From an uncultured Oscillospiraceae bacterium (GTDB taxonomy: Bacteria > Bacillota > Clostridia > Oscillospirales > Oscillospiraceae), in assembly GCA_964538475.1 (NCBI GenBank), contig CAZIGE010000001.1, positions 1,498-65,497 of the forward strand: a stretch of DNA of 64,000 bases, read 5' to 3'. Made by a program: the position numbers and the translations under genes. Of this stretch, positions 1-12,434 are shown one piece after another (the first letter of the stretch is position 1; each line of letters starts with the position of its first letter). The notes below the pieces were generated by a model that saw nothing but the letters and a program-made list of their open reading frames with translations, did no database searches and was not told where the DNA came from.

Positions 1-2811
<2,811 letters not shown>

Positions 2812-2819
<8 letters not shown>

Positions 2820-3396
2820 GCTTCCACAGCTTTCCCAAAAGCACGGCAGCCAGTAACCCGCCGCCTGCGGCGAGGAAGCTGCTGAGCCAGACGGCGGGGA
2901 GAATGTCAAACGGGGAAGCACACCCGAGGCTCGCCCGCACGGCGGCTACGTTGGTCGGGATGAGCTGGATCGATGCGGTGTTCAGAACGACCAGCCGACA
3001 CAGCGCATCGGTGGCAACTTCGGGGCGTGCGGGATCGGTCAGCCTTGTGGCAGCGCGGATGCCCATCGGTGTGGCCGCGTTTCCCAGACCGAGCAGATTG
3101 GCGCAGACGTTGGCGCTGAGTGCATCGGCCAGCGCAGCGTCGCTGCGGGCTTCGGGAAACAGGCAAAACAGCGGCGCGGACAGCAGGCGCGTCAGCACGC
3201 GCGTTACACCGAGCTGCTGCATCAGCTTACCCACGCCGCTCCACAGACAGACGGAGCCTGCCAGAGAAAGCGTCAGCGTGACGCCGGCCTGCGCGCCGTT
3301 TGCGACGGCAGCGGAGAGTGCCGCAGTATTGCCGCCGAGCAGGGCAAATACGAAGGAAACCAGCAAAAATCCGAACCAGATATAACCCATGACCAT
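2812..3396 (-). CDS. spmA: Spore maturation protein A
   Basis: ANLLGLGNAATPMGIRA and VVLNTASIQLIPT motifs; GGGAGGG RBS 6 nt before ATG at 3396. Confidence 0.93.
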
Positions 3397-3455
3397 CTGC
3401 ATCCCTCCCGGGACAGCCTATGCATCGGGATGGGTCGGCTTGACAAAACAGATAA

Positions 3456-3499
3456 AAAACGCTCCCGCGCACGGATAAAACGGTGCGCGGGAGCGTTTT
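3456..3499 (-). terminator. Intrinsic terminator downstream of rsmI
   Basis: 17-bp perfect inverted repeat AAAACGCTCCCGCGCAC/GTGCGCGGGAGCGTTTT with T-run on minus strand. Confidence 0.85.
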
Positions 3500-3503
3500 A
3501 CGA

Positions 3504-4340
3504 TCAGATATCACAGGTCAGCGCCGCATCGTAGACCACATTTTTCGGCAGATCAAGCTCTGCTGCGGTCTGCTTTACGGCATCCTTGCGGCTGAGGCCG
3601 CTTTCTATCAGCGCGGCGACGCGCGCGGCGGCCTCCTGTGCGGAAGCGGTCTGCTTTTCGGCGGGGGCGGCACCCGCAACGACCAGAACAAACTCGCCCT
3701 TCGGCGGCAGGTCGGTATAGCGCGAGACAGCCTCTCCAAGCGTGGTGCGAATAACTTCTTCATGCAGCTTCGTCAGCTCGCGGCAGAGACTGACGGGACG
3801 ATCCGCGCCGAAAACCTCGGCCATATCCTCCAGCGTATGCAGCAGCTTGTGTGGCGCTTCGTAAAAGACCATGGTGCGCGTTTCGCCGACCAGAGCGGAA
3901 AGATGCTCGCGACGGCTTTTCCGTGCGGTGGAAAGAAAACCTTCAAAGCAGAACCGCCCCGTAGCCTGCCCGGAAATGCTCAGTGCGGTGATCACCGCGC
4001 ATGGGCCGGGGATGGCGCATACGCAGATACCTGCATCGGCGCACTGGCGCACGAGTTCCTCGCCCGGGTCGGAAATGGCGGGACTGCCCGCATCGGAGAC
4101 AAGGGCGCAGGTCTCGCCGCCCAGGATGCGCTCGAGAATGATATTACCCTTGTACCCCTTGTTGTGCTCGTAATAGCTGACAAGGGGCTTTTTGATGCCC
4201 AAATAGTTCAGAAGCTTTAGGGAAACGCGGGTATCCTCGGCAGCGATGAAATCGGCCTGCTCCAGCGTTTCACGGCAGCGGGCGGAAATGTCCCCCAAAT
4301 TGCCGATGGGCGTGGGGACGAGATACAGCATTCCGGGCAT
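3504..4340 (-). CDS. rsmI: 16S rRNA C1402 2'-O-methyltransferase
   Basis: LYLVPTPIGNLGDIS, AAEDTR, VSDAGSPAISDPG, FYEAPH, RELTKLHEE motifs; AGGAGG RBS. Confidence 0.96.
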   Translation of the reverse strand: MPGMLYLVPTPIGNLGDISARCRETLEQADFIAAEDTRVSLKLLNYLGIKKPLVSYYEHNKGYKGNIILERILGGETCALVSDAGSPAISDPGEELVRQCADAGICVCAIPGPCAVITALSISGQATGRFCFEGFLSTARKSRREHLSALVGETRTMVFYEAPHKLLHTLEDMAEVFGADRPVSLCRELTKLHEEVIRTTLGEAVSRYTDLPPKGEFVLVVAGAAPAEKQTASAQEAAARVAALIESGLSRKDAVKQTAAELDLPKNVVYDAALTCDI

Positions 4341-4354
4341 GCAATGCCTCCTTT

Positions 4355-5050
4355 TCAAATAAGATCGTGATAAATTTGCCTGTAATACGCGGTGGGGCGG
4401 TCGGCTTCGTCAAACAAAACGGCCTCTTCGATCTGCAGGCCGGGCTTGCCGCCCTTGCGAAAGGACAGAAGGATCAGACTGATCGCGCGGTTCGGTTTGT
4501 GACGCACCAGCAGCAGACGCTTGGCCTGCAGGTGCTCGGCTGCGGCGCAGGCGATCAGATGCGCCAGATTTTCGGGACGGTTCACCAGAAAAAAGTCCCC
4601 GCCGAATTTAAGCGCCTGCGCGGCGCTGCGGAATAGCGCTTCGCTCGGACACAGATCCTGCCGTCGGGCAAGCGGGTGGGTGGTATCGGCCGGGCCGCCC
4701 GCAAAATAGGGCGGGTTGGAGATGCAGCAGTCAAAAGCACCGCGCGAAACATCGCAGGGCAGGCTGCGCAGGTCGGCGCATATACTGTTCATGCGTTCCC
4801 GCAGCGCGTTGCGCCGAATGTTTTCCAGTGCGGCGGCGTGCGCGCGTGGATCCAGCTCGATGCCTGTGACATGGCAGGTCGGTTCGGCAGCACACAGCAG
4901 AAGCCCCAGTGTGCCGCAGCCCGAGCCGAGATCCAGAACATGCGCGTGCCGACCGACACGGGCAAAACCGCACAGCAGCATGGAGTCGGTACTTAAAGGA
5001 AAGCAGTCGGGCGGAACATGCAGCGTATAGCCGTTCGGTAATTGCTCCAT
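4355..5050 (-). CDS. tRNA1(Val) A37 N6-methyltransferase family (YabB/YfiC-like)
   Basis: STDSMLL, VLDLGSGCG, SNPPYF motifs; typical neighbour of rsmI; start MEQLPNG after GGAGG RBS. Confidence 0.85.
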   Translation of the reverse strand: MEQLPNGYTLHVPPDCFPLSTDSMLLCGFARVGRHAHVLDLGSGCGTLGLLLCAAEPTCHVTGIELDPRAHAAALENIRRNALRERMNSICADLRSLPCDVSRGAFDCCISNPPYFAGGPADTTHPLARRQDLCPSEALFRSAAQALKFGGDFFLVNRPENLAHLIACAAAEHLQAKRLLLVRHKPNRAISLILLSFRKGGKPGLQIEEAVLFDEADRPTAYYRQIYHDLI

Positions 5051-5246
5051 GGCGTTCCTCCGTAAAAAATCAGCCTGTGCATCCGAGAAATCAGGTGCAC
5101 AGGCCAAGGAAACTTTGTATCCGCGCCCGAAACGGGGGTGCGGATCGGATATCCCGCTGGTTTCGGAGATCTCGGCGGTGCCGAAGTGCGCACCGTCGGC
5201 TCGCGCCGTTTCGGCAGAAGCTTCCCCGACTGCGGCTTCCTGAGAC

Positions 5247-5417
5247 TCAGGCTTCCTCGATGGCTTCGACGGGGCAGTTGTCGGCGCAGGCGCCACAGCT
5301 GACGCAAACATCGGCGTCGATCACGAACTTCTCGTCGCCCTCGGAGATCGCCTCGACGGGGCAGTTGTCAGCGCAGGTGCCGCACTTGACGCAAGCATCG
5401 GTAATGTTGTATGCCAT
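5247..5417 (-). CDS. 2[4Fe-4S] clostridial-type ferredoxin
   Basis: 56 aa with two CxxCxxCxxxCP motifs; GGAGGG RBS. Confidence 0.95.
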   Translation of the reverse strand: MAYNITDACVKCGTCADNCPVEAISEGDEKFVIDADVCVSCGACADNCPVEAIEEA

Positions 5418-5470
5418 GTGATTTCCCTCCATATGTGTTTTGCTTCACATCGTTGTGATAGCCTGTAATC

Positions 5471-5498
5471 ATTCTAGCATGGTTTTCTAAAAATGCAA
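5471..5498 (-). promoter_or_regulatory. SigA-type promoter of ferredoxin
   Basis: TTGCAT-N16-TAGAAT with extended -10 TG on minus strand. Confidence 0.55.
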
Positions 5499-5519
5499 TG
5501 CCTGATTTGCAAATAATCC

Positions 5520-5549
5520 GTATATTTTTTTCAAGGCTCGGGAAGAATT
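5520..5549 (+). promoter_or_regulatory. Putative SigF/SigG (forespore) promoter of clpC-like gene
   Basis: GTATA-N15-GGGAAGAATT fits the SigF consensus GYATA-N15-GGnnAnAnTW. Confidence 0.5.
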
Positions 5550-5570
5550 TCCGGGATAAGGGGGGAGGGT

Positions 5571-7907
5571 ATGCGCTATGCTGCGGAAATGACGGAGCTG
5601 ATTTTGACCGCGGCGGCCTGTGCCAGGGCGATGGGGCACAGCTATGTGGGTACGGCGCATCTGCTGCTGGCACTGCTGGAACGCCCCGGGGCGGCAGGAA
5701 GACTGCTGGAAGCGATGGGAATGGAGAAAACGCTGACGCAAAAGCTGGCGGCAGCGTTGTACGGAACGGGCAGCGCCGATGTGCCGCTTCCGCAGGGATG
5801 GACACCGGCGGCAGGGCGCGCGCTGCGCAGGGCGGCGGCAAATGCGGCGGCGCAGGGCGACAACGAGATACGGTGCGGGCATCTGCTGCATGCGCTGACA
5901 TGCGACCCGACAACGGCTGCGTGGGAGCTGATGCGGCTGCATGGGATCGAACCGAACGATGTGTTTGCGAATGCACCGATGTATTTACATCAGCAATGGG
6001 ATGACCGTTTCGGGAGAAAAAGGGAGGGATCTGACACGAAGCTATTGGAACAATTCAGTGAGGATCTGGTGGCGAAGGCTGCTTCCATGGATCCGGTGAT
6101 CGGCAGAGAGCACGAGATCGACACGGTGATCGGCATTCTTTGCCGCAAAAACAAAAATAACCCCGCGCTGATCGGCGAGCCGGGTGTGGGGAAGACGGCT
6201 ATTGCGGAAGGCCTGGCGCAACGCATGGCTTATGGAAATGTCCCGCCGCAGCTGAAAGACAAGCGGCTCATCAGCCTGAATATGGCGAGTCTGGTGGCGG
6301 GAACGAAATACCGCGGCGAATTTGAGGAACGTCTGCGCGACCTTCTGGCGGAGATCAAACGCTGCGGGGACGTTATCCTGTTCGTCGACGAGATGCACAC
6401 CATCGTCGGTGCAGGTGCCGCCGAGGGCGCGATCGACGCGGCCAATATTTTCAAGCCCGCGCTCGGCCGCGGCGAGTTGCAGATCCTCGGTGCGACCACG
6501 ACGGGGGAATATCGGAAGTATATCGAAAAAGACCCTGCGCTGGAACGGCGGTTTCGCCCCGTGCAGGTGGAGGAACCGTCATTCGAGGCAACGCTTGCGA
6601 TCCTGCGGGCACTGAAGCCGGGGCTGGAACGCCATCATCGGATCCACATCGCAGACGAGGCGCTGAAAGAGGCCGTGCGGCTTTCGGCGCGGTATTTACC
6701 GGAGCTGTATCTGCCTGACAAGGCCATAGACCTGCTGGATGAAGGGGCGTCCCATGCACGCATGGAGGAAATGCGCCAGGGGCGCTCCGGGATGCGTAAG
6801 GAGCTGGAAAAGGAATTGCAGGAAGCGGTCAAGGAAAACGAGTTTGAGCGCGCGGCGATCTTACGCGACCGCCTGCAAAAACTCGGCGCGAAAAACACGG
6901 AGGTGCGGCGCAGCCGAAGTGTGTGCGGCGCGGATATCGCGTGGGCGGTATCGGAGCGGACGGGGATCCCCGTCGGAAGACTGACGGCGGGCGAACGGGA
7001 GCGGCTGCTACAGCTCGAACAGCTGCTGTGTGCGCATGTGATCGGGCAGGACGAGGCGGTGCATACGGTAGCCGAGGCGATTCGACGCGGCTTTTCGGGC
7101 ATACGCGACGAAAATCGCCCTGTGGCCAGCCTGCTGTTTGCCGGCCCTACGGGTGTCGGGAAAACGGAGCTGTGTCGGGCACTGGCGCAGGAGATCTACG
7201 GCAGTCGGGACGCGCTGATCCGACTGGATATGACGGAATTTATGGAGAAGCAGTCGGTATCGCGGCTGATCGGAGCGCCGCCCGGATATATCGGTTTCGA
7301 CGAGGGCGGCAAGCTGACGGAGGCGGTGCGGCGCAGGCCGTACAGTCTGGTGCTGTTCGACGAGCTGGAAAAGGCGCATCATGACGTTGCGGGGATCCTG
7401 TTGCAGATCATGGAAGAAGGCGCGCTGACGGATTCTGCGGGGAAACGGGTCAATATGAAAAACACGGTCGTCGTGATGACCTGCAATGTCGGGGCGGAGG
7501 TGCACGGAGACGGACTCGGCTTTTTGCCGAACGGACGTGCGGATCAGACGGATACGGCACTTCGCCGCTGCTTTGCTCCGGAATTTCTCGGGAGAACGGA
7601 TGCGATCGTGCATTTTCGCCCGCTGGAGGAGGGAAGCGTGCAGGCCATTGCGGAAAAATACCTCTCCGGGCTGCGGCAACGCATGGAGGCAACAGGGGTG
7701 CAGCTGCAATATCCGCAGGAGCTGGCGGCACATTTCGGCCGCCGCGGGCTTGGCCGCGACGGCGCAAGGCATCTGCGAAGGCTGATACAGGAGGAACTGG
7801 AAGGGCCGATCGCCGCACTGCTGCTGCGCGCGGCGAAAAAGCCCGGGCGGATCTGCGTGACGCTGGGGAAAGAAGGGCCGGAGTTTTCCACCGTTGCCAG
7901 AGCGTAG
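5571..7907 (+). CDS. clpC: ClpC-like ATP-dependent Clp protease ATPase subunit
   Basis: Clp N repeats, GEPGVGKT and LFVDEMH (AAA1), UVR-like coiled coil, GPTGVGKT and LFDELEKAH (AAA2), LGF ClpP-binding loop. Confidence 0.88.
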   Translation: MRYAAEMTELILTAAACARAMGHSYVGTAHLLLALLERPGAAGRLLEAMGMEKTLTQKLAAALYGTGSADVPLPQGWTPAAGRALRRAAANAAAQGDNEIRCGHLLHALTCDPTTAAWELMRLHGIEPNDVFANAPMYLHQQWDDRFGRKREGSDTKLLEQFSEDLVAKAASMDPVIGREHEIDTVIGILCRKNKNNPALIGEPGVGKTAIAEGLAQRMAYGNVPPQLKDKRLISLNMASLVAGTKYRGEFEERLRDLLAEIKRCGDVILFVDEMHTIVGAGAAEGAIDAANIFKPALGRGELQILGATTTGEYRKYIEKDPALERRFRPVQVEEPSFEATLAILRALKPGLERHHRIHIADEALKEAVRLSARYLPELYLPDKAIDLLDEGASHARMEEMRQGRSGMRKELEKELQEAVKENEFERAAILRDRLQKLGAKNTEVRRSRSVCGADIAWAVSERTGIPVGRLTAGERERLLQLEQLLCAHVIGQDEAVHTVAEAIRRGFSGIRDENRPVASLLFAGPTGVGKTELCRALAQEIYGSRDALIRLDMTEFMEKQSVSRLIGAPPGYIGFDEGGKLTEAVRRRPYSLVLFDELEKAHHDVAGILLQIMEEGALTDSAGKRVNMKNTVVVMTCNVGAEVHGDGLGFLPNGRADQTDTALRRCFAPEFLGRTDAIVHFRPLEEGSVQAIAEKYLSGLRQRMEATGVQLQYPQELAAHFGRRGLGRDGARHLRRLIQEELEGPIAALLLRAAKKPGRICVTLGKEGPEFSTVARA

Positions 7908-8014
7908 CGCGTTGTGTACGTTCGGATTTGATGCGTCGAGAATAGAACATCTGTTCAAAAATGAGAAAAACGGGGTCGATTTCACATTTTTTTCAATTTT
8001 TTCGGAGAAAAAGA

Positions 8015-8044
8015 TTGACATTTCCGCTTTGGCCGTTGTATACT
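8015..8044 (+). promoter_or_regulatory. SigA promoter of dcw cluster
   Basis: TTGACA-N18-TATACT preceded by AT-rich UP-like tract. Confidence 0.7.
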
Positions 8045-8052
8045 TTAGGTAC

Positions 8053-8090
8053 GTGGAGCAAAATGGATGCCAAGTGGTAGGAAAGTGGAG
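8053..8090 (+). promoter_or_regulatory. MraZ-binding GTGG direct repeats
   Basis: GTGGAG, ATGGAT, GTGGTA, GTGGAG at 10-11 bp period just before mraZ. Confidence 0.7.
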
Positions 8091-8100
8091 GCGATGAGGC

Positions 8101-8529
8101 TTGATCGGCAAATATCCTGCGAAGATGGACGACAAGAATCGCCTCTTTGTCCCGACAAAGCTGCGCGAGGAACTCGGAAACGAGTTTTACGTCACGCTCG
8201 GCTTCAACGGCGGGCACAGATGCCTGACCGCCTATACGACATCCGACTGGCAAACGCTCAGCGAAAATTATAACCGCCTGCCGTTGGCGCAACGCTCCGG
8301 CCCGACCAGCCTGATCTTTATCAATGCGCAGGAATGTGTGCCGGATAAACAGTTCCGCTTCCTTTTGAGCCAAAATCTGCTGAATTATGCGGGGATCGAT
8401 AAGGATGCGGTGATCGTCGGACGTGCGGGACAGGCGGAGATCTGGAACGCGGCCGAGTACGAGAATTTTGAACGCGAAAATCTGACGCCCGAAAAGCTGA
8501 TGGCTTCGCTGGAGGCGATCGGACTATGA
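8101..8529 (+). CDS. mraZ: Transcriptional regulator MraZ
   Basis: MDDKNRLFVP and DKQFR repeats, EIWN; first gene of dcw cluster; TTG start. Confidence 0.9.
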   Translation: MIGKYPAKMDDKNRLFVPTKLREELGNEFYVTLGFNGGHRCLTAYTTSDWQTLSENYNRLPLAQRSGPTSLIFINAQECVPDKQFRFLLSQNLLNYAGIDKDAVIVGRAGQAEIWNAAEYENFERENLTPEKLMASLEAIGL

Positions 8530-9461
8530 GTGAGTTTTACCATGTATCCGTCCTGCCGGAGGAAAGCATACGCGGGCTGGACATTCACCCGGACGGGATC
8601 TATCTGGACGGCACGCTGGGCGGTGCGGGACATTCGAGCCGCATCGCATCGCAGCTGACGACGGGGAGACTGATCGGCATTGACCGTGACCCCGTGGCGC
8701 TGCGCGCGGCCGCAAAGCGGCTGGAGCCATACGGCGATAAGGTAACGCTCGTTCACGCGAATTTCAGCGAAATGGATCGCGTTTTGCGTGAGCTGGATAT
8801 ACCGGGTGTGGATGGGATACTGCTGGATCTGGGCGTTTCCTCGCCGCAGCTGGATGATGCGGCACGCGGTTTTTCCTATATGGCGGATGCCCCGCTGGAT
8901 ATGCGGATGGACGGTGAAGCCGCACTCAGCGCGTATGAGGTGGTCAATCACCGGCCGCAGGAAGAACTGAAACGCATTTTCTATGAATACGGCGAAGAGC
9001 GCTATGCGCCGCAGATCGCCGCAGCCATATGCCGCCGCCGGGCGGAAAAGCCCATCGAAACCACACTGGAGCTGGCCGACCTTATTCGAGGCGCAATGCC
9101 CGCAGCAGCATTACGGGAAAAGCAACATCCCGCGAAACGCAGCTTCCAGGCGATCCGCATCGCGGTGAACGATGAGCTGGGGGCGGTGCGGACGGTGATG
9201 AGCACCGCCGTGGACTGCCTGAACCCCGGCGGCCGGCTGGCGGTCATCACATTTCATTCTCTGGAAGACCGCATCGTAAAAAACGGCATGGCGCAGGCGG
9301 CCAGAGGCTGCACCTGCCCGCCGGAATTCCCGGTATGCGTATGCGGGAACAAACCGAAGGTGGAGCTTATCACCCGAAAGCCCATTACGGCGACGGAAGC
9401 GGAATTGCAGAGCAATCCGAGGGCGCGCAGTGCGAAGCTTCGCATTTGCCGCAAACTGTAA
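8526..9461 (+). CDS. rsmH: 16S rRNA C1402 N4-methyltransferase
   Basis: DGTLGGAGHS, DLGVSSPQLD, RGFSY, FQAIRIAVNDEL, ITFHSLEDRIVK, NPRARSAKLR. Confidence 0.97.
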   Translation: MSEFYHVSVLPEESIRGLDIHPDGIYLDGTLGGAGHSSRIASQLTTGRLIGIDRDPVALRAAAKRLEPYGDKVTLVHANFSEMDRVLRELDIPGVDGILLDLGVSSPQLDDAARGFSYMADAPLDMRMDGEAALSAYEVVNHRPQEELKRIFYEYGEERYAPQIAAAICRRRAEKPIETTLELADLIRGAMPAAALREKQHPAKRSFQAIRIAVNDELGAVRTVMSTAVDCLNPGGRLAVITFHSLEDRIVKNGMAQAARGCTCPPEFPVCVCGNKPKVELITRKPITATEAELQSNPRARSAKLRICRKL

Positions 9462-9483
9462 CACGACGAAAGGACGCGAGAGC

Positions 9484-9957
9484 ATGGCAATCCAACCGGA
9501 TATCCAGTATGTTACATTTTATACCGCCGGTTCTGCTGCGCGGAAGGTCGAGCGGGTCGCGCAAAAGCCGAAGGTACCGCTGCCCACACAGCGACAGCGT
9601 CGTGTGAAAAGAAAGGTCATCGCCGTCGATCCGATCGCGCTGTGCGGCATTCTTGTGGCGGTGTGTATGTTTTTCGCGCTGGTAGCGGGCATCCGTGAGC
9701 AGCGCGAGGCGATCGCACAGGCGCAGCAGATGAGCGCCTATGCAGAGCAGCTTCGGCAGGAAAATACCGCGCTGGAAAGCGCGTACCGCGACAGTTACGA
9801 CCTTGAGGAAATTTATGAGGTGGCCACGGCGATCGGCATGATCCCGCGCGAAGATGCGCAGAATGTCCAGATCGAGGTGCGGCCTTTGACATCGGAAGAA
9901 AAACAGCCGACCCTTTGGGAGAATGTCACCCTGTTTTTGACGCGACTGTTTGCATAA
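9484..9957 (+). CDS. FtsL-like cell division protein
   Basis: Basic N-terminus, single TM, coiled coil, DLEEIYEVATAIGM; position between rsmH and PBP. Confidence 0.7.
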   Translation: MAIQPDIQYVTFYTAGSAARKVERVAQKPKVPLPTQRQRRVKRKVIAVDPIALCGILVAVCMFFALVAGIREQREAIAQAQQMSAYAEQLRQENTALESAYRDSYDLEEIYEVATAIGMIPREDAQNVQIEVRPLTSEEKQPTLWENVTLFLTRLFA

Positions 9958-9979
9958 ATGTCCTGACCGGCAATAGAAT
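9952..9979 (+). promoter_or_regulatory. Possible SigE promoter upstream of the class B PBP
   Basis: GCATAAA...AATAGAAT resembles the SigE consensus ATA-spacer-cATAcanT in a 109-nt gap. Confidence 0.35.
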
Positions 9980-10066
9980 TAGGATAGCAGCTGTGATGGG
10001 CAGTGAGGGTCTCCCTTGCTGCCCGTTTCCGGTATTCGGAAGCTCCTGAGGAAAGGCCGGTGGATT

Positions 10067-12412
10067 ATGGCAAAGCAACGCAAGCGCAAACGGAAAGAGG
10101 AACTTGCCCGCGTTCGGGCGGACAGCGGACATCACCGCAGGATCGCGATCCTGATGGTGCTGCTCGGGATCGTGGGATTTATCCCGGCCGCATTGCGGCT
10201 GTTCGATCTGATGGTGCTCGATCATGCATACTATGCAGATCTGGCACTGCGAAATCAAAGCAGGACTACGGTAGTGGCGGCGCAGCGGGGAAATATCTAT
10301 GATGCGAACGGGAACGTCCTCGCGTGCAACCGAAGTGTGGAAAATGTATACTTAAATCCCCGCGAACTGCGCCGCGCGGGTGTGGATAGGCAGGCAATGG
10401 CCGCTGTTCTGGGAGAGATCCTGGATAAGGATCCCGTGTGGATATTGGAGCAAAGCGAAGATACCGCGCTGCGGTATAAGCAGATCGCGGCGGATATCGA
10501 TTCGGAGACGGCAGAGAAGATCCGCGCCTATATCAATGAAAACGGAATTTCCGGCATTCATCTGGAGCCGGACACGGTGCGCTGCTATCCGTATGCGTCG
10601 CTGGCTGCACAGGTGATCGGCTTTACCAATTCGTCGGGAACGGGCTCCGAGGGCGTGGAAGCGTCCTATAACAGCTATTTACGGGGGACGGCGGGTAAGG
10701 TCATCACATCCAAGGGAAACAACGAAATGGATATGCCGTTTTCCTATGAGGAATATGTCGATGCTACCCCCGGGTGTGATGTGATCCTGACGCTGGATGC
10801 CACGGTGCAGGCGTGCCTGGAAAAGCAGATGGAGGCGGCGATCGCACGATACGATGTGCAAAACGGGGCGTTCGGTATCGTGATGGATGTCAAAACGGGG
10901 GAGATCCTGGCGATGGCTACGCTGGGAAGCTATGACCCGAACAAATATCTGGAGATCGCTGACGAAGATACGTTTCAACGGCTGGAGCAGCTGCGGCTGT
11001 CTTATCTTGCGCAGGAACCGGTCAGCGATGCGTATCTTGCGGGGAAAAAGGCCTATCGGGAGGCGCTGCAGGCGGCACAGCTGAAGCAATGGAGAAACCG
11101 TGTGCTGTCGGACGGCTACGAGCCCGGCTCGACATTCAAGGTGCTGACGCTCGCGGCGGCGCTGGACAGCGGTGCCGTGGATCTGAACAGTACGTTCCAC
11201 TGCACAGGGGCGGAACACATCACAGGGCGCGCACAGCTGCTGCATTGCTGGCGTGCGGCGGGGCATGGCACGCAGACTACGGCGCAGGCGCTGCAAAATT
11301 CCTGCAATCTGGCCTTTGCGCATATTGCCCTGCGCCTCGGCGGTGAGACGTTCTACGAATATGTGAAAGCTTTCGGCATACTGGAAAAAACGGGGATCGA
11401 TCTTGGCGGAGAAAGCAAGGGCGTGTTCTTTGACCGCTCCGTGATCGTGGATACGGATAAATGGGGAACGGCTTCGCTGACCTCGGGATCGTTCGGGCAA
11501 ACCTTCAAGCTGACGCCCCTGCAGCTGGTGCGGGCGATCGCGGCAGTGGTCAACGGCGGAGAGCTGATGGAGCCGTATATCGTTTCGCAGGTGGTGGATG
11601 CACAGGGCAACACCGTGCTTTCCCGCGAGCCGACTGTGCTGCGGCGTGTGATCCGCGAAGAGACGTCGGAAACGATGTGCAGGCTGCTGCGATCCGTCGT
11701 GGAAAACGGAACGGCGAAAAATGCATCCGTTGCGGGATTTTCCATCGGAGGCAAAACGGGAACCAGCGAAAAAATCGATGTATTTGACGAAAACGGGCAG
11801 CGCGTGCAGGATAAGATCGTCTCCTTTGTGGGCGTTGCGCCCATGGATGATCCGCAGTATATCGTTCTGGTAGCGCTGGATACGCCGTCGCGTTCGACGG
11901 GGATCTATATTTCCGGCGGCGTGATGGCCGCGCCGACTGTAGGCGCGGTGATGGCGGATATTTTGCCGTATCTCGGTGTTGCGCAAAGCTACGGCGAAGA
12001 AGATGCGGCAGGGCAGAGGATCGTGATGCCGGAGCTTTCGGGCATGACGCGCAGCGAAGTGCGCGAGACGCTCAAGTCGTGCGGGCTGGATATGCGGGCG
12101 CAGGGAGATTCGGACACGGTGACAGCGCAGATCCCGCAGGCGGGGCAGGTGCTGCCGGGCGGAAGCGAAGTGCTGGTGTATTTCGGAGAAGCGCCGCAGG
12201 AGCAAACGGTGACGGTACCCGATCTGCTCGGCCTGACCCGACAGCAGGCGCAGGATACGGCTGCAAAGCTGGGGCTGTACCTGCTTATCCGGGGGAACAG
12301 TGCATCGAAAGATACCGTTATCGCGACTGCGCAAAGTATAGAAAAAGGAACGACCGTTCCGATCGGAACGACGATCGAGATAGAATTTACAGATACCGAC
12401 GCGCACGACTAG
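10067..12412 (+). CDS. Class B penicillin-binding protein with two PASTA domains (SpoVD/FtsI-like)
   Basis: RGNIYD, EPGSTFK (SxxK), NSCN (SxN), GKTGT (KTG), two C-terminal PASTA repeats. Confidence 0.92.
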   Translation: MAKQRKRKRKEELARVRADSGHHRRIAILMVLLGIVGFIPAALRLFDLMVLDHAYYADLALRNQSRTTVVAAQRGNIYDANGNVLACNRSVENVYLNPRELRRAGVDRQAMAAVLGEILDKDPVWILEQSEDTALRYKQIAADIDSETAEKIRAYINENGISGIHLEPDTVRCYPYASLAAQVIGFTNSSGTGSEGVEASYNSYLRGTAGKVITSKGNNEMDMPFSYEEYVDATPGCDVILTLDATVQACLEKQMEAAIARYDVQNGAFGIVMDVKTGEILAMATLGSYDPNKYLEIADEDTFQRLEQLRLSYLAQEPVSDAYLAGKKAYREALQAAQLKQWRNRVLSDGYEPGSTFKVLTLAAALDSGAVDLNSTFHCTGAEHITGRAQLLHCWRAAGHGTQTTAQALQNSCNLAFAHIALRLGGETFYEYVKAFGILEKTGIDLGGESKGVFFDRSVIVDTDKWGTASLTSGSFGQTFKLTPLQLVRAIAAVVNGGELMEPYIVSQVVDAQGNTVLSREPTVLRRVIREETSETMCRLLRSVVENGTAKNASVAGFSIGGKTGTSEKIDVFDENGQRVQDKIVSFVGVAPMDDPQYIVLVALDTPSRSTGIYISGGVMAAPTVGAVMADILPYLGVAQSYGEEDAAGQRIVMPELSGMTRSEVRETLKSCGLDMRAQGDSDTVTAQIPQAGQVLPGGSEVLVYFGEAPQEQTVTVPDLLGLTRQQAQDTAAKLGLYLLIRGNSASKDTVIATAQSIEKGTTVPIGTTIEIEFTDTDAHD

Positions 12413-12434
12413 CGCTCGGAACGGAGGAAACAGT

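Noticed and set aside
5051-5311. N-terminal extension of the methyltransferase ORF and hairpins at 5119-5145 and 5173-5198
   Set aside because: The extension overlaps ferredoxin and a better RBS/ATG exists at 5050; the hairpins are most simply terminator or stability elements and match no RNA family I recognise
5260-5400. Direct repeat encoding CADNCPVEAI twice
   Set aside because: Normal internal duplication of 2[4Fe-4S] ferredoxins
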